Assembly (NCBI RefSeq): GCF_003324675.1
Contig: NZ_CP030918.1
Coordinates: forward strand, 300,001 to 332,000
Length of the DNA stretch: 32,000 nucleotides
Origin: Paracoccus suum
GTDB lineage: Bacteria > Pseudomonadota > Alphaproteobacteria > Rhodobacterales > Rhodobacteraceae
Direction: 5' to 3'
Below are positions 1 through 9,202 of the stretch, piece by piece; the first letter of the stretch is position 1; each line of letters opens with the position of its first letter. The notes beneath the pieces are model-generated. The model did no database searches, was not told the DNA's origin, and worked only from the letters and a program-made list of their open reading frames with translations. The position numbers and the translations under genes were made by a program.

Positions 1-233
1 TCGAGCATGTGGCCGAGCTGGCCCGCGAGGGCGTGACCGACATCGCCGTCATCTCGCCCGCCTTCAGCGCCGACTGCATCGAGACACTGGAGGAGATCAA
101 CGGCGAGATTCGCCACGCCTTCGAAGACGCCGGCGGCCAGCAGTTCACCTATGTGCCGTGCCTGAACGACGATCCCGAACATATTGCCATGATGGCGCGC
201 ATCGTGGCCGAGAACGTCGGCGGCTGGCTCTGA
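1..233 (+). CDS. hemH: Ferrochelatase, C-terminal fragment (5' end lies outside the window)
   Basis: The ORF is open to the left window edge. The peptide ...DIAVISPAFSADCIETLEEINGEIRHAFEDAGG..FTYVPCLNDDPEHI... matches the conserved ferrochelatase C-terminus. Stop TGA at 231-233. Confidence 0.8.
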   Translation, partial: EHVAELAREGVTDIAVISPAFSADCIETLEEINGEIRHAFEDAGGQQFTYVPCLNDDPEHIAMMARIVAENVGGWL

Positions 234-347
234 CATCATCGGACGGGGCGGGGGCGCGGCTGTGTCGCACCTCGCGCCGGCCGCATCGCCTCGTCACGCG
301 GCGCCGGTAGTGTTAGCCTTGGCCAACCTCTGTGATCGGGACATGTC

Positions 348-1751
348 ATGGACTTTGGTCTGACAGCACTGACGCTGGCGCGCATGCAATTCGCCTTCAC
401 GGTGTCGGCGCATATCATTTTTCCCGCTTTCACCATCGGCCTCGCCAGCTGGCTGGCACTGCTGAACTTTCGCTGGCTGCAGACTCGTGACCGCGCCTAC
501 CTCGACCTGTTCGAGCAGTGGCGCACGATCTTTGCCGTGGTGTTCGGCATGGGCGTCGTCTCGGGCATCGTCATGGCCTACCAGTTCGGGACCAATTGGT
601 CGGTGTTCTCGGACCGCGCAGGGCCGGTCATCGGGCCGCCCATGGGCTACGAGGTGCTGTCCGCCTTTTTTCTCGAGGCCGGCTTCCTGGGGATCATGCT
701 GTTCGGCCGCGAGAAGGTCGGCGACAAGCTGCATTTCGCGGCAACCTGCATCGTCGCGCTGGGCACCTTGTTCTCGGCCTTCTGGATCCTGTCGGTGAAC
801 AGCTGGATGCAGACCCCGGCCGGGTTCGAGATCGCGCCTAACGGCCAGTTTGTCCCCACCGACTGGTGGGCGGTGATCTTCAACCCGTCGTTCCCCTATC
901 GCCTCGCGCATATGGTGCTGGCCGCCTATCTGACAACGGCCTTTGTCGTCGGCTCGGCGGGCGCCTGGCACCTGCTGCGGCGCGGCGAGGATCCCGGCTC
1001 GCGTCGCATGTTCAGCCACGCGATGTGGATGGCGGTGCTTGTCACCCCCTTGCAGATCCTCGCAGGCGACATGCATGGCGTGAACACGCTGGAGCATCAG
1101 CCGGCCAAGATCGCGGCGATCGAGGGGCATTACGAAAGCTACCCCCAGGGCCGCGTCCCGCTGATCCTCTTCGGCATCCCCGATGACGAGGCTGGCGTCA
1201 CCCGCCGCAAGATCGAGGTTCCATTGGTCGGCTCGCTGATCCTGACCCACAGCCTCGACAAGCCCGTCCTCGGCCTCGACGCCTTCCCCAAGGAGGACCG
1301 GCCGCCGGCGCGGATCATCTTCTGGACCTTCAGGGTCATGGTCGCCGTCGGCGTCGCCATGCTGGGCGTGGGCCTGTGGGCCCTGCTGGCGCGCTGGCGC
1401 GGACAACTTTACACCGACCGTTGGCTGCACCGCGCGGCTCTGCTGATGGGACCGTCCGGTTTCCTCGCCGTCCTCTGCGGATGGGTCACGACCGAGGTCG
1501 GCCGGCAGCCCTGGACGATCTACAACCATTTGCGCACGGCCGAGAGCCACGCGCCGCTGTCGGCCGAGATGGTCGGCACCTCGCTGGTCGCTTTCGTGAT
1601 CGTCTACTTCCTCGTCTTCGGCTCTGGCACCTTCTACATCCTTCGGCTGATCGCGCGGCTTCCCAGCCAGCGGGTCGATGTCGAGGGGCTGGGCACGACA
1701 CGCGCCGCCGGCGTCACACCGATCGCCGAAACCCACCAGCACCGGACATGA
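348..1751 (+). CDS. cydA: Cytochrome bd-type quinol oxidase subunit I (short Q-loop, CioA/QxtA-like)
   Basis: 467-aa polytopic ORF. LARMQFAFTVSAHIIFPAFTIGL and GYEVLSAFFLEAGFLGIMLFG are hallmark subunit I motifs. The length is shorter than E. coli CydA, as in cyanide-insensitive oxidases. Confidence 0.93.
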   Translation: MDFGLTALTLARMQFAFTVSAHIIFPAFTIGLASWLALLNFRWLQTRDRAYLDLFEQWRTIFAVVFGMGVVSGIVMAYQFGTNWSVFSDRAGPVIGPPMGYEVLSAFFLEAGFLGIMLFGREKVGDKLHFAATCIVALGTLFSAFWILSVNSWMQTPAGFEIAPNGQFVPTDWWAVIFNPSFPYRLAHMVLAAYLTTAFVVGSAGAWHLLRRGEDPGSRRMFSHAMWMAVLVTPLQILAGDMHGVNTLEHQPAKIAAIEGHYESYPQGRVPLILFGIPDDEAGVTRRKIEVPLVGSLILTHSLDKPVLGLDAFPKEDRPPARIIFWTFRVMVAVGVAMLGVGLWALLARWRGQLYTDRWLHRAALLMGPSGFLAVLCGWVTTEVGRQPWTIYNHLRTAESHAPLSAEMVGTSLVAFVIVYFLVFGSGTFYILRLIARLPSQRVDVEGLGTTRAAGVTPIAETHQHRT

Positions 1752-1754
1752 GCC

Positions 1755-2768
1755 ATGTTTCCGCTTGATCTCGCACATATCTGGGCCGGCCTGATCGCAT
1801 TCGCGGTGCTGGCCTATGTGGTCTTCGACGGCTTCGACCTGGGCATCGGCATCCTGTTTCCCTGGCTGCGGGACCGGCGCGAGCGGCACCTTGCGATGAA
1901 CACCATCGCCCCGGTGTGGGATGGCAACGAGACCTGGCTGGTCCTCGGCGGGGGCGGGCTGCTGGCGGTGTTTCCGCTGGCCTATGCGGTGGTGATGCCG
2001 GCGGTCTATCCGCTGATCATCATCATGCTGCTCGGCCTGATCTTTCGCGGCGTCGCGTTCGAGTTCACTTTTCGAACCAAGCGAGCCCAAGCGTTCTGGG
2101 AATGGGGTTTTGCCATCGGCTCACTGGCCGCGGCGATCGCCCAGGGCCTGATCCTGGGCGCGCTCGTGCAGGGCATCACGGTTCAGGACCGCGCCTTCGC
2201 CGGTGGTACCTGGGACTGGGCGACGCCGTTCTCGGCCCTCTGCGCGGTGGCGGTGCTGATCGGTTACGCGACCCTCGGCGCGGCCTGGCTGCGGATGAAA
2301 ACCGACGGCGCAACGCGCGTGCATGCAACCCGAATACTGCGCCTCGGGCTGCCGGCGCTGATCGCCGTGATCGGCGCGGTCAGCCTCGCGACCGTGTGGG
2401 TGCGCCCCGAATACATGCAGCGCTGGTTCAGCGGGGCGGGATTGGTCTGGTCGGTGATCGTGCCGGTGCTGGTCGTGCTGGCCGGCGGCATCGCCTGGAC
2501 CGCGACCCGTGACAATGACCGCAGGGTCATGTGGCCATTTCTGGGGGTGCTGGCGCTGTTCGTGCTGACCTTCACTGGCCTCGGGATCAGCTTTTATCCC
2601 AACATCGTCCCGCCCGGCCTGACCATTGTGGAGGCTGCCGCGCCCGACACCTCGCTGCGCTTCCTGCTGGTCGGGGCGGCGGTGTTGATCCCGACCATCC
2701 TCGCCTACACAGCCTATTCCTACTGGGTGTTCCGCGGCGTGGTCGACCCGGACCAAGGCTATCACTGA
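1755..2768 (+). CDS. cydB: Cytochrome bd-type quinol oxidase subunit II
   Basis: Starts 4 nt after the cydA stop. 337-aa multi-TM protein with DGFDLGIGIL and WDGNETWLV motifs typical of subunit II. Confidence 0.92.
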   Translation: MFPLDLAHIWAGLIAFAVLAYVVFDGFDLGIGILFPWLRDRRERHLAMNTIAPVWDGNETWLVLGGGGLLAVFPLAYAVVMPAVYPLIIIMLLGLIFRGVAFEFTFRTKRAQAFWEWGFAIGSLAAAIAQGLILGALVQGITVQDRAFAGGTWDWATPFSALCAVAVLIGYATLGAAWLRMKTDGATRVHATRILRLGLPALIAVIGAVSLATVWVRPEYMQRWFSGAGLVWSVIVPVLVVLAGGIAWTATRDNDRRVMWPFLGVLALFVLTFTGLGISFYPNIVPPGLTIVEAAAPDTSLRFLLVGAAVLIPTILAYTAYSYWVFRGVVDPDQGYH

Positions 2769-2857
2769 TGCGCTGGGTGTGGTTCGTCGGCTTGTGGCTG
2801 GCCAGCGTCGCGGCGCTGGGCATCGTGGCGCTGGCGATCCGCACTGTCCTGATGTGA
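2768..2857 (+). CDS. 29-aa single-TM peptide coupled to cydB (CydX/DUF2474-like accessory subunit candidate)
   Basis: The ATG overlaps the cydB stop (TGATG). Peptide MRWVWFVGLWLASVAALGIVALAIRTVLM forms one hydrophobic helix, and nearly every codon ends in G/C. It is hidden in the 3' end of track ORF 2531..2857. Confidence 0.6.
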   Translation: MRWVWFVGLWLASVAALGIVALAIRTVLM

Positions 2858-2885
2858 GCGGGGCGCGACTGCTGCGCCGGACACG

Positions 2886-2917
2886 AAAACGCCCCGGCCT
2901 TTCGGACGGGGCGTTTT
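2886..2917. terminator. Bidirectional rho-independent terminator between the cyd operon and the convergent L,D-transpeptidase gene
   Basis: AAAACGCCCCG / CGGGGCGTTTT 11-bp stem with an A-run on the 5' side and a T-run on the 3' side, so it reads as hairpin plus U-tract on both strands. Confidence 0.7.
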
Positions 2918-2936
2918 GCATTCCCTTTTGGCCGTC

Positions 2937-3602
2937 CTAGATCAGCAGCACCTGCGTGCCGATGGTGGTCAGGCCGAACAGTTCCTTGATGTGCTCGTTG
3001 TAAAGTCCAACGCAACCGTTCGACGACTTGCGGCCGATCTTGCGCGTGTCATGCGTGCCGTGGATGCGGTAATACTGCCAGCTCAGCCAGAGGGCGTGGG
3101 TGCCCAGCGGATTGTCCGGTCCGGCCGGCACAAAGTCCGGCCATTCCGGGTTGCGCTTTTTCATCTCCGGCGTCGGCGCCCAGGTCGGACCCTCGACCTT
3201 CTTGATGATCTCGGTCCGGCCGCGGCGCGTCAGGTCAGAACTGACAGGGACCGAGGTCGGATAGACCTTCACCACGCTCTCGTCCTCGGACCAGAAGGTC
3301 AGCGCGCGCGAGGTGATGTCGACCAGGATCGCGCCGTTGGTCAGGTTGGAGAAATAGGGTCGCCAGTCGGCATGCGCGCGCCAGGACGAGATGTTGTGGC
3401 GCGAATCGGCATTCGGGTCCACCTGAACGACGCCGGCATCCGGGGTCGCGCCAGCGGCTGGCGCGCCCTGCAGCGGGGCGCCGGTGTAGGGGTCGAACCC
3501 CTGCGCCAGGGCCGGAAAGCCGATAACTGCCGCGCCGGCACCAACGGCGGCGGACGTCAGCAGACGGCGGCGGCTGACGGGAATGGAAACGGGGTCTGTC
3601 AT
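2937..3602 (-). CDS. L,D-transpeptidase (YkuD domain) with Tat-type signal peptide
   Basis: N-terminal SRRRLLTSAAVGAGAAVIGFPALA (twin-arginine signal). Catalytic motif HGTHDTRKIGRKSSNGCVGLYNEH (His...Ser-x-Gly-Cys). GGAGA Shine-Dalgarno 8 nt upstream of the ATG at 3602. Confidence 0.88.
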   Translation of the reverse strand: MTDPVSIPVSRRRLLTSAAVGAGAAVIGFPALAQGFDPYTGAPLQGAPAAGATPDAGVVQVDPNADSRHNISSWRAHADWRPYFSNLTNGAILVDITSRALTFWSEDESVVKVYPTSVPVSSDLTRRGRTEIIKKVEGPTWAPTPEMKKRNPEWPDFVPAGPDNPLGTHALWLSWQYYRIHGTHDTRKIGRKSSNGCVGLYNEHIKELFGLTTIGTQVLLI

Positions 3603-3818
3603 GGGGCGTTCTCCACGGGCGCGGGCCTGCGCTGGCCTCTTTGCGGACTGCTCTGATGCCCGCGATAAACCCGGCGCCTGCGTGCCCGCAAATCACTCCG
3701 CCGTCATTGTTGGGCAGTGTGGGATTTTTCACGCAATCTTGGCTTTGCGCTGCGCGGGGCTTTCGCTAAGGCTGCATCCCGCTCTACCCCTGCCGCCGGA
3801 TAATGAGGATTGCGCAGC

Positions 3819-4328
3819 ATGACCAAGCTTGGCCTGATGGTGCTCTGCGCCGCCCTTGCCCTCGGTGCCTGCGCCCGCCAGCCGGTGCAGTTGGGACCCG
3901 ATGGCAAGCCGCTGCCGGTGGCCTACAAGATCACCCCGGCCGAGCAGGCGGCAATCGGCCCGCGCGTGCTGGGTGAGGTGAACCGCCTGCGTTCGGCGAG
4001 CGGGGCCCCGGCGCTGATCCTGCACCCCCAGCTGAACGCGGCCGCCGCCGCCCATGCACGCGACATGTCCGCCCAGAACCGGGCTTGGCATTTCGGCTCG
4101 GACGGCAGTTCGCCCATCGACCGGATTCAGCGCCAAGGCTACATGGGCCAGTTGATCGGCGAGAATATCTCGGAAACCTACGAGAATGACATCGCGACGC
4201 TCAGCGCCTGGATGCAGACGCGCGACACCCGTGACGTCATCATGGACCCCGACGCCCGGAACCTGGGCATGTCCTGGTTCCAGGAGCCGTCGGGCAAGAT
4301 CTGGTGGGTTCTGCTGACAGGAGCATGA
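3819..4328 (+). CDS. CAP/SCP/PR-1 family (YkwD-like) lipoprotein
   Basis: Lipobox LALGAC after a hydrophobic leader. The C-terminal GENISETY...WM...IMDP...GMSW... pattern resembles the CAP domain. ATG 3819 is preferred over the track TTG 3810 because GAGGA sits 9 nt upstream. Confidence 0.7.
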   Translation: MTKLGLMVLCAALALGACARQPVQLGPDGKPLPVAYKITPAEQAAIGPRVLGEVNRLRSASGAPALILHPQLNAAAAAHARDMSAQNRAWHFGSDGSSPIDRIQRQGYMGQLIGENISETYENDIATLSAWMQTRDTRDVIMDPDARNLGMSWFQEPSGKIWWVLLTGA

Positions 4329-4352
4329 GGCCAGCGGCCCCGACCCCCGGAC

Positions 4353-4378
4353 CAGAGCGTCCGAGGCCGGACGCTCTG
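4353..4378. terminator. GC-rich hairpin between convergent CAP-domain gene and ubiG
   Basis: CAGAGCGTCCG-AGGC-CGGACGCTCTG, a perfect 11-bp stem with a 4-nt loop. There is no clear U-tract on either strand. Confidence 0.5.
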
Positions 4379-4395
4379 CCTTACAGGGCGTGACC

Positions 4396-5136
4396 TCAAT
4401 TCGCCGGGCGCAGCGCTGTCGCAATGTAATTGCAGCCGAAATCACTGGAACTCAGCCGCCAGTCCCCTGTCAGTGGGTTATACTGCATCCCGCGTTGATC
4501 GACCGGCTGCAGCCCGGCGGCGCTCATCATCGTTTCCAACTCGGCCGGTGTGATGAAGCGGCGCCAGTCGTGAGTGCCCTTGGGCAGCCAGCGCATCACC
4601 CATTCCGCGCCGACGATCGCCATCGCGAAACTCTGCGGCGTGCGGTTCAGGGTCGACACGATCACCGCGCCGCCGGGACGGGCGAGGCTGGCGCAGGTGG
4701 CGACGAACTCGGCCGGTCCCTCGACATGCTCGATGATTTCCAAGGCCAGGACGGCGTCGAACGCCTCGCCCGCGGCCGCGAGTGCCTCGGCGGTGGTCGC
4801 GCGATAGTCGATCTCCAGCCCCATCTGTGCGGCGTGCAGGCGCGCGACCTCGATGTTGCGGGCGACGGCGTCGGCGCCGAGGACCTCGGCCCCCAGCCGG
4901 GCCAGCGGCTCTGACAGCAGCCCGCCGCCGCAGCCGATATCGAGCACCCGCAGCCCGGCAAATGGCCGCGCGCCCTTGCGCTCGCGCCCGCAGGCCTGGG
5001 CGATCTGGTCGGTGACGTAATCCAGCCGCACCGGGTTCATCCCGTGCAGCGGCTTGAACTTACCCGCCGGATCCCACCACTCGGCGGCCATCGCCTCGAA
5101 CTTGTCCAGCTCGGCCTGATCGACGCTGCTGTTCAT
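4396..5136 (-). CDS. ubiG: Bifunctional 3-demethylubiquinol 3-O-methyltransferase / 2-polyprenyl-6-hydroxyphenol methylase
   Basis: The last 246 aa of track ORF 4396..6489 start [38 protein letters not shown], followed by the SAM motif [22 protein letters not shown] at 5136 has GGGAGAGG upstream. Confidence 0.9.
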   Translation of the reverse strand: MNSSVDQAELDKFEAMAAEWWDPAGKFKPLHGMNPVRLDYVTDQIAQACGRERKGARPFAGLRVLDIGCGGGLLSEPLARLGAEVLGADAVARNIEVARLHAAQMGLEIDYRATTAEALAAAGEAFDAVLALEIIEHVEGPAEFVATCASLARPGGAVIVSTLNRTPQSFAMAIVGAEWVMRWLPKGTHDWRRFITPAELETMMSAAGLQPVDQRGMQYNPLTGDWRLSSSDFGCNYIATALRPAN

Positions 5137-5184
5137 TGGCCTCTCCCTCTGGTGGCGGTCGCCCGTAGCCGCATCTATACTGTC

Positions 5185-6147
5185 ATGATGGACAGGACTG
5201 CAGGGCAAATCGGCGCCGGCCCGCGCCTTCACCCAACCACCGAGCCGTTCGACCGGCGCATGATCGACATGGGTGACGGCCACAGCATCTATGTCGAGCA
5301 AAGCGGCAATCCCGACGGCCAGCCGGTGATCGTGCTGCATGGCGGGCCGGGCGGCGGCGCCTCGCCCCACCTGCGCCGCTTTTTCGACCCGGCCCGCTAT
5401 CGTGTGGTGCTGTTCGACCAGCGCGGCTGCGGCCGCTCGCGCCCGTTGGCGGCGGTGGCGCGCAACACCACCGCCCATCTGATCGCCGACATCGAGGCGA
5501 TCCGCGCGACCCTCGGCATCGGGCCTGCTCTGCTGTTCGGAGGCAGCTGGGGCGCGACGCTGGCCCTCGCCCATGCCGAGGCCCACCCGGAGGCCGTAAC
5601 CGGCCTGATCCTGCGGGGCGTCTTTCTGGGCCGCCGGCGCGAACTGGACTGGTTCTATGCGGGCGGTGCGGCGCAATTCTTTCCCGACCTCTGGGCGCAT
5701 TTCACAGCGCCAATCCCCGAAGCCGAGCGTGACGACCTGATTGCCGCGTACCACCGGCGCCTCTTCAGTGGCGACATGGCGGTCGAGACGCGCCACGCCC
5801 TGACCTGGATGGCGTGGGAAAATTCGCTGGCAGGACTGCACAGCAGCCATTGCGGCGGCGGGCCGCCCGACTACGCCCGGGTCTTTTCCCGTCTGGAATG
5901 CCACTACTTCCACAACAACTGCTTCCTGAGTGAGGGGCAGTTGCTGCAGGACCGCAAGGCCATCGAACATCTGCCCGCGGTGATTGTGCAAGGCCGCTTT
6001 GACATGGTCTGCCCGCCGATCAGCGCGCATCAACTGGCCGAGGGCTGGGACCGCTGCGATCTGCGCATGGTACCCGCGTCCGGCCATGCGCTGAGCGAGG
6101 CGGCAATCGCCGCCGAGCTGCTGCGGGTGATGGACAACTGGCCCTGA
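5185..6147 (+). CDS. pip: Proline iminopeptidase (alpha/beta hydrolase)
   Basis: [18 protein letters not shown] and the nucleophile elbow GGSWG are present. The product from ATG 5185 is ~320 aa. The track start at 5044 would overlap ubiG and is rejected. Confidence 0.88.
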   Translation: MMDRTAGQIGAGPRLHPTTEPFDRRMIDMGDGHSIYVEQSGNPDGQPVIVLHGGPGGGASPHLRRFFDPARYRVVLFDQRGCGRSRPLAAVARNTTAHLIADIEAIRATLGIGPALLFGGSWGATLALAHAEAHPEAVTGLILRGVFLGRRRELDWFYAGGAAQFFPDLWAHFTAPIPEAERDDLIAAYHRRLFSGDMAVETRHALTWMAWENSLAGLHSSHCGGGPPDYARVFSRLECHYFHNNCFLSEGQLLQDRKAIEHLPAVIVQGRFDMVCPPISAHQLAEGWDRCDLRMVPASGHALSEAAIAAELLRVMDNWP

Positions 6148-6159
6148 GGGGCAACGCCC

Positions 6160-6188
6160 TTGCAACCCCGCCCCCGCCCGTCTATATG
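6160..6188 (+). promoter_or_regulatory. Candidate sigma70-type promoter for rimP-nusA-infB
   Basis: TTGCAA (6160-6165), exact 17-nt spacer, TATATG (6183-6188), about 100 nt upstream of the rimP ATG. Confidence 0.4.
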
Positions 6189-6242
6189 CTGGCTCAACAG
6201 CGGCGCAGGCTTCCACCCCCTGCCCCACCGGATGCTTCCGCA

Positions 6243-6265
6243 CGGGCCGCTGACGGCCCGTTTTT
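6243..6265 (+). terminator. Leader hairpin plus T-tract upstream of rimP (attenuator candidate, or alternatively the pip terminator)
   Basis: CGGGCCG-CTGA-CGGCCCG followed by TTTTTAATTT. It ends 22 nt before the rimP ATG and lies downstream of the candidate promoter. Confidence 0.45.
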
Positions 6266-6286
6266 AATTTCCGCAGGACCTCCGGC

Positions 6287-6913
6287 ATGCATGATCTGAC
6301 CGCCAAGACCGCCATCGACAGGCGCCTCGCCGAGATCGTGCGCCCGGTGATCGAGGACCTCGGGTTCGAATTGATCCGCCTGCGCCTGCTCGGCGGACGC
6401 ACCGCCACGCTGCAGATCATGGCCGACCGCCCCGAAGGCGGGATCAACGTCGATGACTGCGCCGATATTTCGACCGCCGTCAGCGCCATGCTGGACGTCG
6501 ACGACCCCCTCGAGGAGGGCTATCACCTCGAGGTGTCCAGTCCCGGCATCGACCGGCCGCTGACCCGCCTCAAGGACTTCGCCACATTCGAGGGCTATGA
6601 GGCCCGGCTGGAGACGAACCAGGCCATTGACGGGCGCAAGCGCTTCAAGGGCACGCTGGCTGGGGTCGAGGGCGACGAGGTGCTGATCAACCTCGACGAG
6701 GCGGGCAAGGTCCACACCATCGGCTTGAATTTCGACTGGCTGGCCGATGCCAAGCTGCTGCTGACCGACGAGTTGATCGCCGAGATGCTGCGCCAGCGCA
6801 AGGAGGCCGGCACCCTTGATGCCAGCGCCCTCGACGAAGGCGCGTTCGATTCCATTGAAACCGACGCCGCGGACGAATCCGACGCGGCCCCCCAAACTGA
6901 CGCCAAGGAGTAA
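6287..6913 (+). CDS. rimP: Ribosome maturation factor RimP
   Basis: [10 protein letters not shown]..., [13 protein letters not shown] and [15 protein letters not shown] motifs. Sits immediately upstream of nusA, as in the canonical operon. Confidence 0.9.
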   Translation: MHDLTAKTAIDRRLAEIVRPVIEDLGFELIRLRLLGGRTATLQIMADRPEGGINVDDCADISTAVSAMLDVDDPLEEGYHLEVSSPGIDRPLTRLKDFATFEGYEARLETNQAIDGRKRFKGTLAGVEGDEVLINLDEAGKVHTIGLNFDWLADAKLLLTDELIAEMLRQRKEAGTLDASALDEGAFDSIETDAADESDAAPQTDAKE

Positions 6914-6920
6914 GCGCCTG

Positions 6921-8555
6921 ATGGCCATTACCTCTGCCAACCAGCTTGAGCTTCTGCAGACCGCCGAGGCGGTTGCCCGCGAGAAGATGATCGACCCCGA
7001 TCTGGTGATCGAGGCGATGGAGGACAGCCTCGCCCGCGCCGCCAAGTCGCGCTATGGCGCCGAGATGGACATCCGGGTCAGCATCGACCGCAAGACCGGA
7101 AATGCCCGCTTTACCCGCGTGCGCACCGTGGTCGAGGATGACGCGGTCGAGAATTACCAGGCGCAGCTGACCGTCGAGCAGGCACGTCCCTATCTCGACT
7201 CGCCCGAAGTCGGCGCCGAGATCATCGACGAGGTTCCCCCGGTCGAGTTGGGCCGCATCGCCGCGCAATCCGCCAAGCAGGTCATCCTGCAGCGCGTGCG
7301 CGAGGCCGAGCGTGACCGCCAGTACGAGGAATTCAAGGATCGCGCCGGCACGATCATCAACGGCATCGTCAAGCGCGAAGAATACGGCAACATCATCGTC
7401 GACATCGGCCGCGGCGAGGCCATCCTGCGCCGTAACGAAAAAATCGGCCGCGAGAGCTATCGCCCGAACGACCGCATCCGCGCCTACGTCAAGGACGTCC
7501 GCCGCGAGGCGCGCGGCCCGCAGATCTTCCTGTCGCGCACCGATCCGCAGTTCATGGCCGAACTGTTCAAGATGGAAGTGCCGGAAATCTACGACGGCAT
7601 CATCGAGATCAAGGCCGTCGCCCGCGACCCGGGCAGCCGGGCCAAGATCGCGGTCATCAGCTATGACAACAGCATCGACCCGGTCGGGGCCTGCGTCGGT
7701 ATGCGCGGCAGCCGCGTTCAGGCCGTGGTGGGCGAGCTTCAGGGCGAAAAGATCGACATCATTCCGTGGAATGACGACCAGGCCACGTTCCTCGTGAACG
7801 CGCTGCAGCCGGCCGAGGTCAGCAAGGTCGTGTTCGACGAGGAGGCCCCGCGCATCGAGGTCGTCGTCCCCGAGGAGCAACTGTCGCTGGCCATCGGCCG
7901 GCGCGGCCAGAACGTGCGCTTGGCCAGCCAACTGACCGGCCTCGACATCGACATCATGACCGAGGAAGAGGAATCCAAGCGCCGCCAGGCCGAGTTCAAC
8001 AGCCGTACCGGCCTCTTCATGGAAGTGCTGGACCTGGACGAATTCTTCGCCCAGTTGCTGGTCGCCGAAGGCTTCACCAACCTCGAGGAGGTCGCCTATG
8101 TCGACCTCGGCGAGTTGCTGGCCATCGACGGCGTGGACGAGGGCACCGCATCCGAGCTGCAGGCCCGCGCCCGCGACCACCTCGAAGCGGCGACCCGTGC
8201 GGCGCTGGAAAACGCCCGCGCGCTCGGCGCCGAGGACAGCCTCATTGAATTCGACGGCCTCAGCCCCCAGATGGTCGAGGCACTGGCCAAGGACGGCATC
8301 AAGACCCTCGAGGACTTTGCCACCTGCGCGGACTGGGAACTAGCCGGCGGCTGGACCACCGAAAACGGGCAGCGCAAGAAGGACGAGGGGCTGCTCGAGC
8401 CGTTCAATGTCAGCCTCGAAGAAGCGCAGCACATGGTCATGACCGCACGCGTGATGCTCGGCTGGGTCGACCCGGACGAGTTGAACACCGGTGACGCGGA
8501 TGACGAGGTTGACGCCGAGGCTGATGCGGACACCGACGCGGAGGTGCGGACCTGA
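6921..8555 (+). CDS. nusA: Transcription termination/antitermination factor NusA
   Basis: [22 protein letters not shown]..., S1 and KH regions ([45 protein letters not shown]) and an acidic C-terminal tail. ATG 6921 lies 8 nt after the rimP stop. The upstream part of track ORF 6816.. is rejected. Confidence 0.95.
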   Translation: MAITSANQLELLQTAEAVAREKMIDPDLVIEAMEDSLARAAKSRYGAEMDIRVSIDRKTGNARFTRVRTVVEDDAVENYQAQLTVEQARPYLDSPEVGAEIIDEVPPVELGRIAAQSAKQVILQRVREAERDRQYEEFKDRAGTIINGIVKREEYGNIIVDIGRGEAILRRNEKIGRESYRPNDRIRAYVKDVRREARGPQIFLSRTDPQFMAELFKMEVPEIYDGIIEIKAVARDPGSRAKIAVISYDNSIDPVGACVGMRGSRVQAVVGELQGEKIDIIPWNDDQATFLVNALQPAEVSKVVFDEEAPRIEVVVPEEQLSLAIGRRGQNVRLASQLTGLDIDIMTEEEESKRRQAEFNSRTGLFMEVLDLDEFFAQLLVAEGFTNLEEVAYVDLGELLAIDGVDEGTASELQARARDHLEAATRAALENARALGAEDSLIEFDGLSPQMVEALAKDGIKTLEDFATCADWELAGGWTTENGQRKKDEGLLEPFNVSLEEAQHMVMTARVMLGWVDPDELNTGDADDEVDAEADADTDAEVRT

Positions 8556-8572
8556 CGGTCCGCGACGCCACC

Positions 8573-9202
8573 ATGACCCGCGGCGGCCGCACCAAGGACA
8601 CCGACGAGGCCGAGCGCCGCTGCATCGTCACCGGCGAGACCGGCGGCAAGGCCGGCCTGGTCCGGTTCGTGATCGGCCCTGACGGGCAGGTCGTGCCGGA
8701 TCTGGCGGAAAAGCTGCCCGGCCGCGGTATCTGGGTCAGCGCCGATCGCGCGGCCATCGATACAGCCGCCCGCAAGGGTCTGTTCGCCCGCGCCGCCAAG
8801 GCGCCGGCGCGGGCGCCCGAGGGTCTGGGCGACATGGTCGAGGCAGGCCTTGCGCACAGGGTCATCGACCTGGTGTCGCTGGCCCGGAAAGCGGGCCTCG
8901 CCATCGCAGGGTTCGAGAAGGTCAAGGGCGCGCTTGCCGCCGGCCGAGTCAAGGTCCTGCTGCAGGCCTCGGACGGGTCGGATCGCGGCAAGGGCAAGTT
9001 GTGGACACCCGAGGGCAGCCGCTGGTTTGGCTGTCTGACGGCGTCAGAATTGGGTTTGTCCTTCGGTCGCGGCCATGTCATACACGGCGCGCTCGCGCCA
9101 GGGGGCCTGACCATCAGGGTTATCAGGGACGCCAGCAGACTGACGGGTCTGCGCGGGCAAGGCGGCAGTTCGGCCGCCGAAAGGGATTCGGGTACGGAAT
9201 GA
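8573..9202 (+). CDS. YlxR (DUF448) RNA-binding protein fused to an L7Ae/YlxQ-like domain
   Basis: N-terminal RRCIVTGE...[15 protein letters not shown]...LPGRGIWV (YlxR signature). C-terminal [15 protein letters not shown]...[13 protein letters not shown] (YlxQ/L7Ae-like). Located between nusA and infB. Confidence 0.85.
   Translation: MTRGGRTKDTDEAERRCIVTGETGGKAGLVRFVIGPDGQVVPDLAEKLPGRGIWVSADRAAIDTAARKGLFARAAKAPARAPEGLGDMVEAGLAHRVIDLVSLARKAGLAIAGFEKVKGALAAGRVKVLLQASDGSDRGKGKLWTPEGSRWFGCLTASELGLSFGRGHVIHGALAPGGLTIRVIRDASRLTGLRGQGGSSAAERDSGTE

Noticed and set aside
233-347. Search for an FNR/FnrL box (TTGAT-N4-ATCAA) or other oxygen-responsive site upstream of the bd oxidase genes. I also checked sigma54 TGGCAC-N5-TTGC motifs across the window.
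   Set aside because: Only an 8-bp palindrome GACATGTC overlapping the start codon and a TTGGCCAA palindrome were seen. No acceptable FNR half-site pair was found. All TGGCAC occurrences are inside coding regions without a proper -12 element.
294-2090. 598-aa ORF on the minus strand, antisense to cydA/cydB
   Set aside because: The translation is low-complexity and R/G/A/D/H/Q-rich, with no recognisable motifs. The plus strand carries unmistakable cytochrome bd subunits. This is a typical stop-free shadow frame of high-GC coding DNA.
6355-6375. GGTTCGAA-type T-loop-like strings (also near 15790 and 19698) that could hint at tRNA genes
   Set aside because: All lie inside well-supported coding frames (rimP, secA, ilvE). 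They lack acceptor or anticodon stem context. No tRNA cloverleaf could be drawn.
4396-6489. 697-aa ORF on the minus strand spanning ubiG, the intergenic region, all of pip and part of rimP
   Set aside because: Only the last 246 aa (from ATG 5136) look like a real protein (UbiG). The upstream 450 aa are antisense to a clear proline iminopeptidase and are compositionally aberrant.
6687-8180. 497-aa minus-strand ORF antisense to rimP/nusA
   Set aside because: Shadow ORF. It has repetitive L/D/A/G/V-rich sequence and no motifs, and NusA on the plus strand is unambiguous.
9001-9198. N-terminal extension of infB in the ORF track (start at 9001)
   Set aside because: It overlaps the well-supported ylxR/ylxQ fusion in another frame. 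The canonical IF-2 N-terminus [12 protein letters not shown] begins at 9199 with ATGA coupling.
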